Positions 17,371 through 27,100 of a stretch of 35,094 bases of DNA are shown piece after piece. The translations under genes and the position numbers were made by a program. Where the stretch lies: assembly GCA_050012475.1 (NCBI GenBank), contig JBEKHC010000051.1, positions 1 through 35,094 on the forward strand, in the 5' to 3' direction. Every line of letters begins with the position of its first letter. Position 1 is the stretch's first letter. This DNA is from Candidatus Velthaea sp. (lineage in GTDB: Bacteria; Vulcanimicrobiota; Vulcanimicrobiia; Vulcanimicrobiales; Vulcanimicrobiaceae). The notes under the pieces were generated by a model, which had not been told where the DNA came from, ran no database searches, and saw only the letters and a list, made by a program, of their open reading frames with translations.

Positions 17371-18843
17371 ATGAGCGATATCGCGCCCGGCAAGCTCGAT
17401 CGCTGCTTCGCGAGCGCAACGCAGTTGGCCGCCGCGATCGCCCGGCGCGAGATCGGCTGCCTCGAAACCCTGGAAGCCTACCTCGCCCGTTTGGAAATAT
17501 ACGATCGCGCGCTCAACGCGGTCGTAGTTCGAGACGTCGAGCGCGCCCGGTGTCGCGCGCGGGCGCTCGACGCCGCCGCCGCGCCGACCGGCCCGCTGCA
17601 CGGCGTTCCGATAACGGTCAAAGAGAGTTTCGACGTCAGCGGGTTGCCCACGACCTACGGACTGACCGAGTACGCGCACGCGCTTGCCGCTCGCGATGCG
17701 GTGGCGGTGAACCGCCTCGAAGCGGCCGGCGCGGTCGTCTTCGGCAAAACGAACGTGCCCCGCTTGCTGCTCGATTGGCAAAGCTTCAACGACGTCTACG
17801 GCGTCACCAACAATCCATGGGACCTCACGAAAACCCCCGGCGGATCATCCGGAGGCGCCGCGGCGGCCGTTGCCGCCGGCCTTTGCGCGCTCGAACTCGG
17901 CAGCGACATCGGGGGTTCGGTTCGGGTGCCGGCCCACATGTGCGGCATCTTCGGCCACAAACCCAGCTGGGAGCTGCTGCCGATGATCGGGCATTCCCTG
18001 ACCGGCACGATTTCGCCGGTCGATATCGCCGCGATTGGCCCGTTGGCACGCTCGGTTTCCGACCTCGAATTGGCCGTGGATCTCCTCGCCGGACCCGATG
18101 CGGCCGATAGCGCTTTGCGCTGGACGCTACCGCAGCCGCGCGCGGCGTCGCTCGCAGGGATGCGCGTCGCCGTGTGGGCCGAAGATCCGGCATCGCCGAC
18201 CGACCCCGAAATTACCGCGCAACTGCACGATCTCGCCGCTTTTCTGGGGCGCCGCGGAGCACGGGTGCGATACACCCGGCCGGCCATCGACGCGGCCGAA
18301 GCGTACGAACTTTTTCTGATGTTGATCGCCGCCGTGATCGGAGCCCGGCTAACGCCCGAGCAGATCGAAGAAGCGCGTGCACGCTCGGCCGCGGCGGCGG
18401 ACGACCGCAGCGCCGATGCGATCCTCGACCGAAACTACGGGATGTCGCATCGCGAATGGCTGGCCCTCAATGAACGGCGGCACGTGATCCGCCGCGCTTG
18501 GCAGGGGTTCTTCGGTGAATTCGACGTGCTGCTGTGCCCGCCGTTCGGCAGCCCGGCCTTGCCCCACGATACGACCACTGTCCAGCGTGAGCGTCGCGTC
18601 ACCGTTGCCGGGCGCACGATGCCCTACAACAATCTCGGCTTTTGGCCGGGCGTCATCGGTGCTTACCACCTGCCCGCCACGGTCGCGCCGCTCGGGCTCA
18701 CGGAGGCCCAGCTTCCGATCGGCGTCCAGATCGTCGGCCCGTTGCACGGCGACCTGCAGACGTTGGCCCTGGCCGGGATCCTCGAACAAGAATGGCGCTC
18801 GTTCGTGCCGCCGCCCATGACGAGGGCAGCGGATTCCCGGTAG
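17371..18843 (+). CDS. Amidase signature family enzyme
   Basis: GPLHGVPITVKES, GKTNVP, TPGGSSGGAAAAVAAG and GSDIGGSVRVPA provide the Ser-cisSer-Lys triad. Confidence 0.95.
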   Translation: MSDIAPGKLDRCFASATQLAAAIARREIGCLETLEAYLARLEIYDRALNAVVVRDVERARCRARALDAAAAPTGPLHGVPITVKESFDVSGLPTTYGLTEYAHALAARDAVAVNRLEAAGAVVFGKTNVPRLLLDWQSFNDVYGVTNNPWDLTKTPGGSSGGAAAAVAAGLCALELGSDIGGSVRVPAHMCGIFGHKPSWELLPMIGHSLTGTISPVDIAAIGPLARSVSDLELAVDLLAGPDAADSALRWTLPQPRAASLAGMRVAVWAEDPASPTDPEITAQLHDLAAFLGRRGARVRYTRPAIDAAEAYELFLMLIAAVIGARLTPEQIEEARARSAAAADDRSADAILDRNYGMSHREWLALNERRHVIRRAWQGFFGEFDVLLCPPFGSPALPHDTTTVQRERRVTVAGRTMPYNNLGFWPGVIGAYHLPATVAPLGLTEAQLPIGVQIVGPLHGDLQTLALAGILEQEWRSFVPPPMTRAADSR

Positions 18844-18896
18844 TCGTGCTTGGTATGCTTTCCGAAAAGACCCGTCTCGCTTGTGCCTCGTGTCAC

Positions 18897-18912
18897 TCGA
18901 CAAATGTGTCGA
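18897..18912. promoter_or_regulatory. Palindromic putative operator
   Basis: TCGACA-AATG-TGTCGA in the AT-rich region upstream of the regulator gene. Confidence 0.3.
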
Positions 18913-19032
18913 TTGGGTAAAAAATACTAAATTTTGAGAAGTCCGCAGATCTCGCTCTTGCCCTACTATACGTCCATACCTCGTCGGTTTTTTCCCGACG
19001 CGCCATTCGGTGTAAGGTCGTAGGAGTACAGC

Positions 19033-19677
19033 ATGATCGCCCTGGATATGGTCCCCCTCAAGACTTTCGTCATCGAACGCCAATCGCTTATTGCGAAGGC
19101 TCTGCACTCATTTCTCGATGAGAATCCGATGATCCGCGTCGTCGGAGACGCCCCGTCGGTACGGGTTGAAGATCTCCAGCGCACGCGGCCCGATCTCATC
19201 GTCTTCGGCCTCGACAACGCGTTGTTGGATGTCACCGAAGCGCTGGCATTGGCCCGCAGCGTCTGTCCGAACGTCCGGTTTTGCGTGCTCTCGAGCTACG
19301 CCAACTCCGACGTCATGCAGCGCAGCATCGCCTCGGGCGCCGACGGTTTCGTCGTAAAAGACATTTCGCCGAGCGAACTCGACGTGGCCTTCCGCGTTCT
19401 GGCAAGCGGCTCGTCGTATGTCGACCCGCGGGTTGCCGGCGGCATGCTCAAACGGCGTTACGAAGCCAATTCCGGTTCGGCGATCAGCGACCTGACCACC
19501 CGCGAGGCAGACATCCTGCGTCTGATCGCCGGCGGCCTGGCCAACAAAGAAATCGGCGTGAAACTCCAGCTTTCCGAGAAGACGATCAAAAATTACGTCA
19601 GCCGGATCCTCTCGAAGCTCAACGTCTCGGCCCGCACGCAAGCCGCGGTCTACGCGATCAAGGCCGGTTTCGTCTAA
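19033..19677 (+). CDS. NarL/LuxR-family response regulator with atypical receiver domain
   Basis: REC fold plus LuxR HTH (LTTREADILRLIAGGLANKEIG...LSEKTIKNYVSRILSKL...RTQAAVYA), with an AGGAG RBS. Confidence 0.93.
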   Translation: MIALDMVPLKTFVIERQSLIAKALHSFLDENPMIRVVGDAPSVRVEDLQRTRPDLIVFGLDNALLDVTEALALARSVCPNVRFCVLSSYANSDVMQRSIASGADGFVVKDISPSELDVAFRVLASGSSYVDPRVAGGMLKRRYEANSGSAISDLTTREADILRLIAGGLANKEIGVKLQLSEKTIKNYVSRILSKLNVSARTQAAVYAIKAGFV

Positions 19678-19683
19678 GACAAG

Positions 19684-19717
19684 CGGGGTCCAACAGACTC
19701 CGATTTGTTGGACCTCG
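19684..19717. terminator. Stem-loop after the regulator gene
   Basis: CGGGGTCCAACA (19684-19695) pairs with TGTTGGACCTCG (19706-19717), a 12-bp stem with one G-U pair. Confidence 0.55.
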
Positions 19718-20029
19718 TCGCAGATCGACGCACTTGTTGGACCGCCGAAGCTGCGGGCTCAGTGGGTGCGGGTTGACGCACCGTGATATCCCCGCAAGGC
19801 GACGGTGACCGGCAAGAATTCGGGCCGCGAGCGGAGCGGCCGACGATGGGCGCGTCACGCGCGCGAGTCGATCTTCGCCTTCAGTCGATGGCCGCGGGCG
19901 CGACGATGCCGCAAGATCAGGCGGTTGAGTGCGCGCTATCGATCAATGACCACTTTAGAGTCGGATCGAGTACCGTAACCTCTGCTTCGACCGGCGCCTT
20001 CGGAAGCCGTGGGCTGATCGCCCCACCAA

Positions 20030-21433
20030 TTAATCGTCGCGTGTTGCGAGCCATTCTTCGACGCGCGCGACGGCCGCGCGGACCGCAGATTCGAGTTCGG
20101 CGTTGCCGGTGAGTTTGCCCCAGAGCTGGCGCTCGGCCAAGAAAGCGCCCAGCGGATCGGGTTCGTCGAGCATTGCGTGAGCCGCGGCCGGATCCATGAC
20201 GCCGTCTTGATAGGCGTACGGAAGTTCGTTGCGGTGCCAGCGCGTGAGGAAGACATAATACAGCGCCGGCAGCATCGCGGTCGCCGCGAGCGAACGCTTG
20301 CGTTCGATGAGTTCGGTGAGGGTCGGCACGATGAAGCCCGGGATCTTCGAGTAGCCGTCGGCCGTTACGCGCTGATTGGTATCCTTGATGTACGGATTGC
20401 TGAAGCGATCGAGCACGACGTCGCGGTACGCGGCTAAATCGAGCGGGCTCGGACTCAAGCACGGGATCACGTCGTCGGTGACGTAGTCGAACGCCATCTC
20501 GCGGATCTCGTCGTCATTGGTGCCCTCGTGAATGAACTCCAGCCCGACGAGCGTTCCGGCCCAGGCGATGCAGCTGTGGCTGGCGTTGAGGATTCGTATC
20601 TTCGCCTCTTCGTACGGCAGTACCGAGCTGACCATCTCGGCGCCGACCTTTTCCCAGGCCGGCCGGCCCGCGCGGAAGTCGTCTTCGATCACCCACTGGA
20701 TGAAGCTCTCGCCCATCACCGGACAGCCGTCGTCGAAGCCGGTCGCCGCGCGCACCCGCTCCGCCACGTCGGCGAGCGGCCGCGGCGTAATGCGGTCGAC
20801 CATCGAACTCGGACACGTCGTTTGTTCGAGCACGTAGGTGCGCACGTCGTGCTCGCCGCGCCGTTCGAGAAATTCGAGCAGCCCGCCGCGAAAGCGCTCC
20901 CCGTTGCTGCGCAGATTATCGCAATTCATCAGCGTGACGGGCCCAGCGCTGCGTTCCAAGCGCGCCCGCAGCACCGCAGCGATCGTACCGTAAATGGTGC
21001 GCCGTCCGCCGGCGAGGTCGGCGGCCAAATCCGGGTTGGTGAGATCGAGGTGATGATGCTGATCGAGGTAGTAGCCGCCTTCGGTCACCGTAAAGGAGAT
21101 GATCCGCGTGTTGGGCTGCGCTCCGACGTCGACGAGTGCCGCAAGCTCAGCGTCCCACGGCACGATCCGCCGGATCGACGTGATGCGTTCGTAAGCGCGA
21201 ACGCCGTCGGGCGTGACGGTCTCGAGCGTGTAGGCGCCGTTTTGGCGCGCCAGACAATCGAGCAGCGGCACCATGTCGCTGCGGATGCTCGAAGCCGCCA
21301 GCGTCCAGTCCGTGGCGCCTTGCTCGAGCAGCCGATGCAGATACCAGGCTTGGTGCGCGCGGTGAAACGATCCGATCCCGATGTGCAGGATGATCGGTGC
21401 CGGCGCGCCGGCGGCTTCGCGTTCGTTGTGCAT
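20030..21433 (-). CDS. dalD: D-arabinitol 4-dehydrogenase (mannitol dehydrogenase family)
   Basis: [46 protein letters not shown] and [22 protein letters not shown] (DalD-type signature). Confidence 0.85.
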   Translation of the reverse strand: MHNEREAAGAPAPIILHIGIGSFHRAHQAWYLHRLLEQGATDWTLAASSIRSDMVPLLDCLARQNGAYTLETVTPDGVRAYERITSIRRIVPWDAELAALVDVGAQPNTRIISFTVTEGGYYLDQHHHLDLTNPDLAADLAGGRRTIYGTIAAVLRARLERSAGPVTLMNCDNLRSNGERFRGGLLEFLERRGEHDVRTYVLEQTTCPSSMVDRITPRPLADVAERVRAATGFDDGCPVMGESFIQWVIEDDFRAGRPAWEKVGAEMVSSVLPYEEAKIRILNASHSCIAWAGTLVGLEFIHEGTNDDEIREMAFDYVTDDVIPCLSPSPLDLAAYRDVVLDRFSNPYIKDTNQRVTADGYSKIPGFIVPTLTELIERKRSLAATAMLPALYYVFLTRWHRNELPYAYQDGVMDPAAAHAMLDEPDPLGAFLAERQLWGKLTGNAELESAVRAAVARVEEWLATRDD

Positions 21434-21561
21434 ATCCGTATCCTTCGCATTGGAAAGCTTCTAGGGATGCTCTGATTGCGCCCTGGATGTCGTCGCTACG
21501 CGGCTCGTTTGCTGAAGCAAACTTCGCCGCTATGCTCCTCGCCAGGGAAATCGGAGCATCC

Positions 21562-22848
21562 CTAGTTGCGGGTGGCGGGCTGAACACGCGGCGCGGCCTG
21601 CCGCGCGGCGGCGAGAACATCATCGATGGTGCGAAATCGCTGAGGCTCGACCAGCAACCTGCGTGCCACCCGCAGCGTGGCCGTTTCACACGCTGCGCGG
21701 CGAACGGGATCAGCGATCAGATCGAAATCGATGTTGTGCGCGAAACCCAGGATGCGGCGGATCATCTTGACTGCCGCAAAGCCTAGCATGTCGTCGAACA
21801 GCGTCGCGATGAACGCTGCGCGTTCGGCACGCAGCGCCGCACGGCTGGGCTCGTCGCCGAACATGCTCGGCGCGTACGCGTCGCCGGCGGCCTGCGTTTC
21901 CCAAAGCTCGAGAAAACGCCGCGTGAAGTGGTTCCAAAAGATCGGGATTTGCGCCAGCACCCACTCCGCGAAGTCGTCGCGCGGCGCTTCGGGTGTTGCG
22001 TGACCGGGCTGCGACAGATAGCTCATGAGCAAGTTCCCGGTGAACGCGCCGAGATCCATCCCGATCGGCCCGTAGAAGCCGAACTCCGGATCAATGATGC
22101 GCGTGTCACCGGGCGTCACCATGAGCGAGCCGGTGTGCAAATCGCCGTGAATGAGCGCTTGCGCGTGCGAGAGAAATTGCTGCCCGCGCCGAGCCGCCGC
22201 GATCTTGAGCGCCGGATCGGCGCGAAACTCCGCGGCGATCGCATCGAGTTGCGGAGTCGTCCAGCGATTGCGTTCGTTGATGCGGTACGGATCGGTGAAC
22301 ACCAGATCGCTGGTGATGCGGATGAGCGGATGATTGCGCGCGAAGAACGCGATGCCGTCCAGTTTCGTTTCCAGCGGCTGACCGAGGTCCGAGGTGAAAA
22401 ACGTCGCGCGGGCAACGTATTCGGCGGTATCCTGTGCCACGCGCGGATAGCGATTGCCCGCGACGAGGCCACGGCGCAGGATGATGTGCGGCGCGAGCTT
22501 TTCCATCACCAGGCAATACAGCCGCGGCTCGTAGTGATAGATCGTCGGAATCAGTCCGCCGACGTGCGAGCGCACCGCGGCAAAATACGCGTTCTCAAAC
22601 GACGTCCGCTCGACGCTCAGCCGCCAGCTTTCGATCGCGCGAATGTGCGGCAGCGATTGTTTGACGCACACCGCGCCGTCCGGCCCGTCGACGATGAACA
22701 CCAAATTAAGATTGCCGTCGCCCACTTCGCGAATGCGCCACTGGGAGGGCGTACCGCCGAGCCGCTGCTGCAATGCCGGCAGCCCGGCCAGGTACTCCGC
22801 CAGGCTCGCGGCATCCAACCGCGCGTATCCCTCGGGCGTATCAAGCAC
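21562..22848 (-). CDS. mtnK: S-methyl-5-thioribose kinase
   Basis: EVGDGNLNLVF, LVFTDPY, LIHGDLHTGS, IDPEFGFYGPIGMD and MIRRILGFAH, with a GGAGG RBS. Confidence 0.93.
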   Translation of the reverse strand: MLDTPEGYARLDAASLAEYLAGLPALQQRLGGTPSQWRIREVGDGNLNLVFIVDGPDGAVCVKQSLPHIRAIESWRLSVERTSFENAYFAAVRSHVGGLIPTIYHYEPRLYCLVMEKLAPHIILRRGLVAGNRYPRVAQDTAEYVARATFFTSDLGQPLETKLDGIAFFARNHPLIRITSDLVFTDPYRINERNRWTTPQLDAIAAEFRADPALKIAAARRGQQFLSHAQALIHGDLHTGSLMVTPGDTRIIDPEFGFYGPIGMDLGAFTGNLLMSYLSQPGHATPEAPRDDFAEWVLAQIPIFWNHFTRRFLELWETQAAGDAYAPSMFGDEPSRAALRAERAAFIATLFDDMLGFAAVKMIRRILGFAHNIDFDLIADPVRRAACETATLRVARRLLVEPQRFRTIDDVLAAARQAAPRVQPATRN

Positions 22849-22869
22849 GATCGATCCTCCGTTATGCGC

Positions 22870-23604
22870 TCATTTTCCGGCAGTGCGGGCCAGGCCCGCC
22901 GAGCGGCGTGCCGCGGCCAAGAACGCCGCGAAAATCGCGCTGCTGACGCCGTCGTCGAGGCGCAGCGTCGATTCGGGGTGCCATTGGACGCCCAGCCAGA
23001 ACGGCGATGCAAACCGCGCTTCCGCGGCTTCGACGATCCCATCGGGCGTCGCCGCAACCACGTCGAGATCGGCCGCGACCCGCGCGATGCTCTGATGGTG
23101 TCGCGAGCCCGTGACGAGCGACGTTTTTCCGACGATCGACGCCAGCAGGGACTGCGGGCGAATCGCGACGGCATGCCCGGGGATCAAACCGCGGTCGCTC
23201 GTTCCGTCGACCTCGCGCTGGTGCAATGCTCCGGCGGCAGGCCCGACCGCGCCGCCGATATCGCCGACGAGCGTTCCGCCGAAGGCCACGTTGGCCAGCT
23301 GCAGGCCGCGGCAAATGCACAGCGTCGGCAGACCGCGCTCGCGCGCGCGCCGCACCAGCGCGGTCTCGAACGCGTCGCGCCGAACGTCGATGTCGGTTGC
23401 ACGGCCGGCGCCGTCACCGTAGCGTGCCGGGTCGACGTCACCGCCGCCGCTCAGCAGCACGCCTGTGCAGCCGGCAAGTTGGGCATCCAGCGTGTCCGGA
23501 TCGAAATCGAGCAACCGCGGCTGACCGCCCGCCGACGCGACGGCGGCGGCGTATTCGCCGCCGCCGTCGGCCGTGGTCGACACGGCGATGACCGTTACGT
23601 TCAT
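22870..23604 (-). CDS. Gamma-glutamyl-gamma-aminobutyrate hydrolase-like (peptidase C26, class I GATase fold)
   Basis: LLSGGGDVDPARYG, RDAFE, catalytic ICRGLQL, HHQS, DGIVEA and GVQWHPE. Confidence 0.92.
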   Translation of the reverse strand: MNVTVIAVSTTADGGGEYAAAVASAGGQPRLLDFDPDTLDAQLAGCTGVLLSGGGDVDPARYGDGAGRATDIDVRRDAFETALVRRARERGLPTLCICRGLQLANVAFGGTLVGDIGGAVGPAAGALHQREVDGTSDRGLIPGHAVAIRPQSLLASIVGKTSLVTGSRHHQSIARVAADLDVVAATPDGIVEAAEARFASPFWLGVQWHPESTLRLDDGVSSAIFAAFLAAARRSAGLARTAGK

Positions 23605-23686
23605 TCCCTAGAGCCTCGCTGCCCGTCGACGGCGCTCCTGCCGCCGCACGGTTTGGAACTCCCGGCGAATCGGGCGACGCGCTCTG

Positions 23687-23722
23687 CTCGCGGCGTAGGG
23701 TCTCGCGGCGTAGGGTTTCGCG
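23687..23722. repeat. 15-bp tandem repeat, 2 exact copies plus a partial third
   Basis: CTCGCGGCGTAGGGT at 23687-23701 and 23702-23716, followed by TTCGCG. Confidence 0.85.
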
Positions 23723-23772
23723 CACATCCGGACTAACGGCAGCGCACGGAGCTAGAAGGTAGGAGGTTCGTC

Positions 23773-24153
23773 GTGCCGCTAACCGATCTGTTTCGGAATG
23801 AACCCGATATCGTCTTGTTTTCACCCGGCGATGTCATCATCAAAGCCGGCGAACCCGGGGACGCGATGTACGTCATCCTCGAAGGCAACGTCGACATCCG
23901 ACTGGCCGACAAGTCGGTCGACGTTGCGGGCCGCGGCGAAATCATCGGCGAGATGGCGCTCGTCGACCAGAGCAGCCGCAGCGCCGCGGTCCACGCGCTC
24001 ACACCGGTTCGGTTGGCGCGCATCGACCGGCGCCGGTTTCTGTATCTGATCCAAAACACGCCGACCTTTGCGCTCGACGTGATGACGGTGATGGCGTCGC
24101 GCATCCGCCGCTTCGACGCCGCCATCGCCGCCGGCGCGATCCCACCGCCGTAA
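23773..24153 (+). CDS. Stand-alone cyclic-nucleotide-binding domain protein
   Basis: GDVIIKAGEPGDAMYVILEGNV...GEMALVDQSSRSAAV with an intact phosphate-binding cassette. AGGAGG RBS, and no HTH. Confidence 0.92.
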   Translation: MPLTDLFRNEPDIVLFSPGDVIIKAGEPGDAMYVILEGNVDIRLADKSVDVAGRGEIIGEMALVDQSSRSAAVHALTPVRLARIDRRRFLYLIQNTPTFALDVMTVMASRIRRFDAAIAAGAIPPP

Positions 24154-24161
24154 ACCCAGAT

Positions 24162-27100
24162 TTACCAATAGCGCCGCTGATAAGAGAACACGAAGCCGCT
24201 TCCGTTCGGCGGTGCGATCGCTTGAAGCGTATAGTTCGGTGGGGTCGTGGCGAGAAAGCCGCTTTGCAGATACGGCGTGAGCGCCTGCCCGCCGAAAGCT
24301 TGGGATGAGCCGGCGGCTTGATAGAACGTCAGCTGCCCGCCGGACACATCGGTGCCGACGTTGATGCCGAAACTCGTCTGCGGGGTCGGACCGCCGATTT
24401 GCTCGCCGTAAATAAACGAGACGTTCTTCCCGATTCGGCGCCGCGCGGAAGCCGAGACGGCGCCGTTCATGTTGTAGTTGAGGTTGAGATCGCTGAGCCC
24501 CAGAGCCCCGCCGAGCGCGCTGCTGAACGGTTGCAGAAACTTCTGGGTGAGCTGGGTGTTGAGCAGACCTTCGCCGATCCCGGCGATCGACGGGCCGCTC
24601 GAGGCGGAATTGCCGGTTTGCGCGACACCCGCTACTGCGCCCAGGGCTTGCGCGTTAACCAGCAGTCCGAGAATCTGTTCTTGCGTGTACGACGGTTGGG
24701 AACTGAACGCAAGCTGCAAATGCGTCGAGGGACCGGTCACGCGGAGCAGCACGTCCGTTGGCGGATCGGGGATGTTGGTTACGGCGGTCGCGTCCACCGT
24801 CGGCGTAATTCCGTCCGCTGGGGTAAAGCTGACCGTGCTGCCGCTTTGGACCGTAAAGGTGCGATACAGCGATACCGTGCCGTCCGTCGCGGTGAACTGT
24901 CCGTCGAGGGTCGGTTTTGCCAGGTTTCCGCCGAGTCTCGCCGTTCCCGTCGTACCGATGTCGACCGGCCCGGATTGAATGCGCACGTCGCGCCCGACGT
25001 TGACCCCAAGGTTGAACGCCACGTTGGGCAATGCCGGTGCGGCGGTCGGACTCGATCCGCCGCCGGGCAGCAAGGCGGTATACGGAATCCGCGCGTTCGC
25101 GAAGTTCAGCTGTCCGCCGATGGTCAACGGCGCGGCGGCGCGCTTGCGCGCGCTGATCGTTCCGTCGACATAGCCGGTGTAGTATTTGGGCGCTGCGATA
25201 TAGGCATTGGCGACGGTCACCTTTGCGTTGGCCGTTAGCCCGCGGATCGGATCGTGCAGATCGCGCAGGGTCAGTCGTCCGCTGCCGTCGATGTTGCCGG
25301 GCGCCGCCCGAGCGTGCAGTTTCGCGATGCGCACGGTTGTGCCGGAGAAATCCAGCGCCAGGGTGATGTTCGTCAACGCGTTCTTGAACGAGTTCGAGCG
25401 GAACGATCCGTCGGTGAACGCCAAATTGCCGTTGAGGCTCGGCGCTGCGATCGTGCCGCGAACGGCGAGATTTCCATCGAAAAGTCCGTCGATCACCGAG
25501 CCGTCGGGCAGCAGCGCAGAATACGGGTTCGCATCGACGCGATGCGGCGCGAAGTCCAAGGCGATCGGCGTGGAAGTGCCGTTGCCGAACGGCGCGTGCC
25601 CGTCAAAGGCGATCGAACCCCCGCGCGGCAGCGTGATCGTACCGTTGCGCACGTCGGCGGCTTGACGGTTCGCGGCGAAATCGGCGTGCACCGCGGGAAC
25701 CGTCACGGAGTTGTACGTCACGTCGTGCACGTCCACGGAACCGGCGACATGCGGTACCGCCGCGGTTCCGGTCAGCTGCGCGCGCGTTGCGAACGTACCT
25801 TTGACCCCCGGACTCTTTCCGGTGACAGCCGTGATGAGCTCGTTGATGTCGGGGCTCGCTGCCCGGGCGTTGAGATCGAACGCATCCGCAGGACGCAACC
25901 CGAAGGTTCCTGAGATGTTCGCCGTGAGCCCGCTGGCGACGAGGGTCGCGTCGGTAATCCGGCCGCGGCCGTTGGCCGCCGTCGCTGCAACGCTGAAGCG
26001 TTCGATCGGAACGCGCCCGACGACGCCTTTGGTCAGCGCCGCGTGCGTGGTGAGGGTGAGCGCCGGGTAACGCCCGCGCACGACCGCCGAACCGTCGACG
26101 AAGCCGAAGACGGGTGCGCTGAGACCCGCCGCGGGCAACACGTTGCCCAGATCGAGGCCGGCGATTTGCGCTCGCACATCGAGATCGGAGCGGTGCACGA
26201 TGTCGCGCAGCGGGGCGCTGGCCGGAACCCGAATATCGCCGACGGCGGCGAACCGGCCGTTCGTGCCCAGCAGTGCGGCCCCGACGCGCACCGTCCGGCC
26301 GACCGTGTCGACACGAGCGCTCAGCGTCCCCAGCTCGAAGCGCCGATAGCGCGCGTCGCGCAGCGTGAGATTGGCCGACGTGTTGAGCGCGCGCGGGGCA
26401 CCGTCGAACGCCAGTGCCAGGCTGCCGGTTCCGGCCAAAACTTCGGCTTCGTCGAAATAATCGTTGAAGTCGCTCAAATCCAGCCGGTCGGCGCGCAGCA
26501 TCAGGCTCTGATGCGTGCGCGACACGCTCCCGCCGAAATCGAGGGTCGTGCTGCCGACCGTCAAACGGCCGTTGCCGGCGCTGACGGCGACCGCGGTAGC
26601 CTTGATGCCGAGGTGCCCGGCGCGGAAGTTCAGTCCGTTGAGCGAGCCCTCCGGGACCCGGATGTCGCCCACGATCGAAGGCGTCGCGCCTGCTCCGCCT
26701 ACCCGCAGATCGGCATCGAGCGTGCCTTCGGGATAGCGCAATGGGTTCTTCACCGTCCGCGCCAGGGCCGCGATGTCGGCGTCGGCCAGCTGCGCGCGGA
26801 TGGCGTAGCGCGGCGCGATGTGGCCGGGCGTCAATCCGGCCACGACACCCGTCGCATTGGCGTACGCGCCCGCGAACGTCAGCGTCGCGCGCCTGATACG
26901 CACGGCGGCGCCGTCGTAGGCGAGGCCGACGTCGCCGCCCAGGTCCGCATCCGCGTAGCGCGCCCCGGACAACGCCGCGAGCACGGTCGCCGTAGGCTTG
27001 GCGGCGGTTCCGGCGATGTCGGCGATCACGCTCGCCCGGCCGCCGGCAATCGGAACGCCCACGGCCCGGAGCGCGGCGAGGTCGAATTGACCGGCAGTCA

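Noticed and set aside
10620..22848. Functional link between the QueA-like SAM enzyme and mtnK
   Set aside because: They are 10 kb apart, and canonical QueA releases adenine and methionine rather than methylthioribose.
3..24153. GGDEF-EAL, DHH, PilZ and cNMP genes as one second-messenger system
   Set aside because: They are scattered over 24 kb on different strands with unrelated genes between them, so there is no evidence of linkage.
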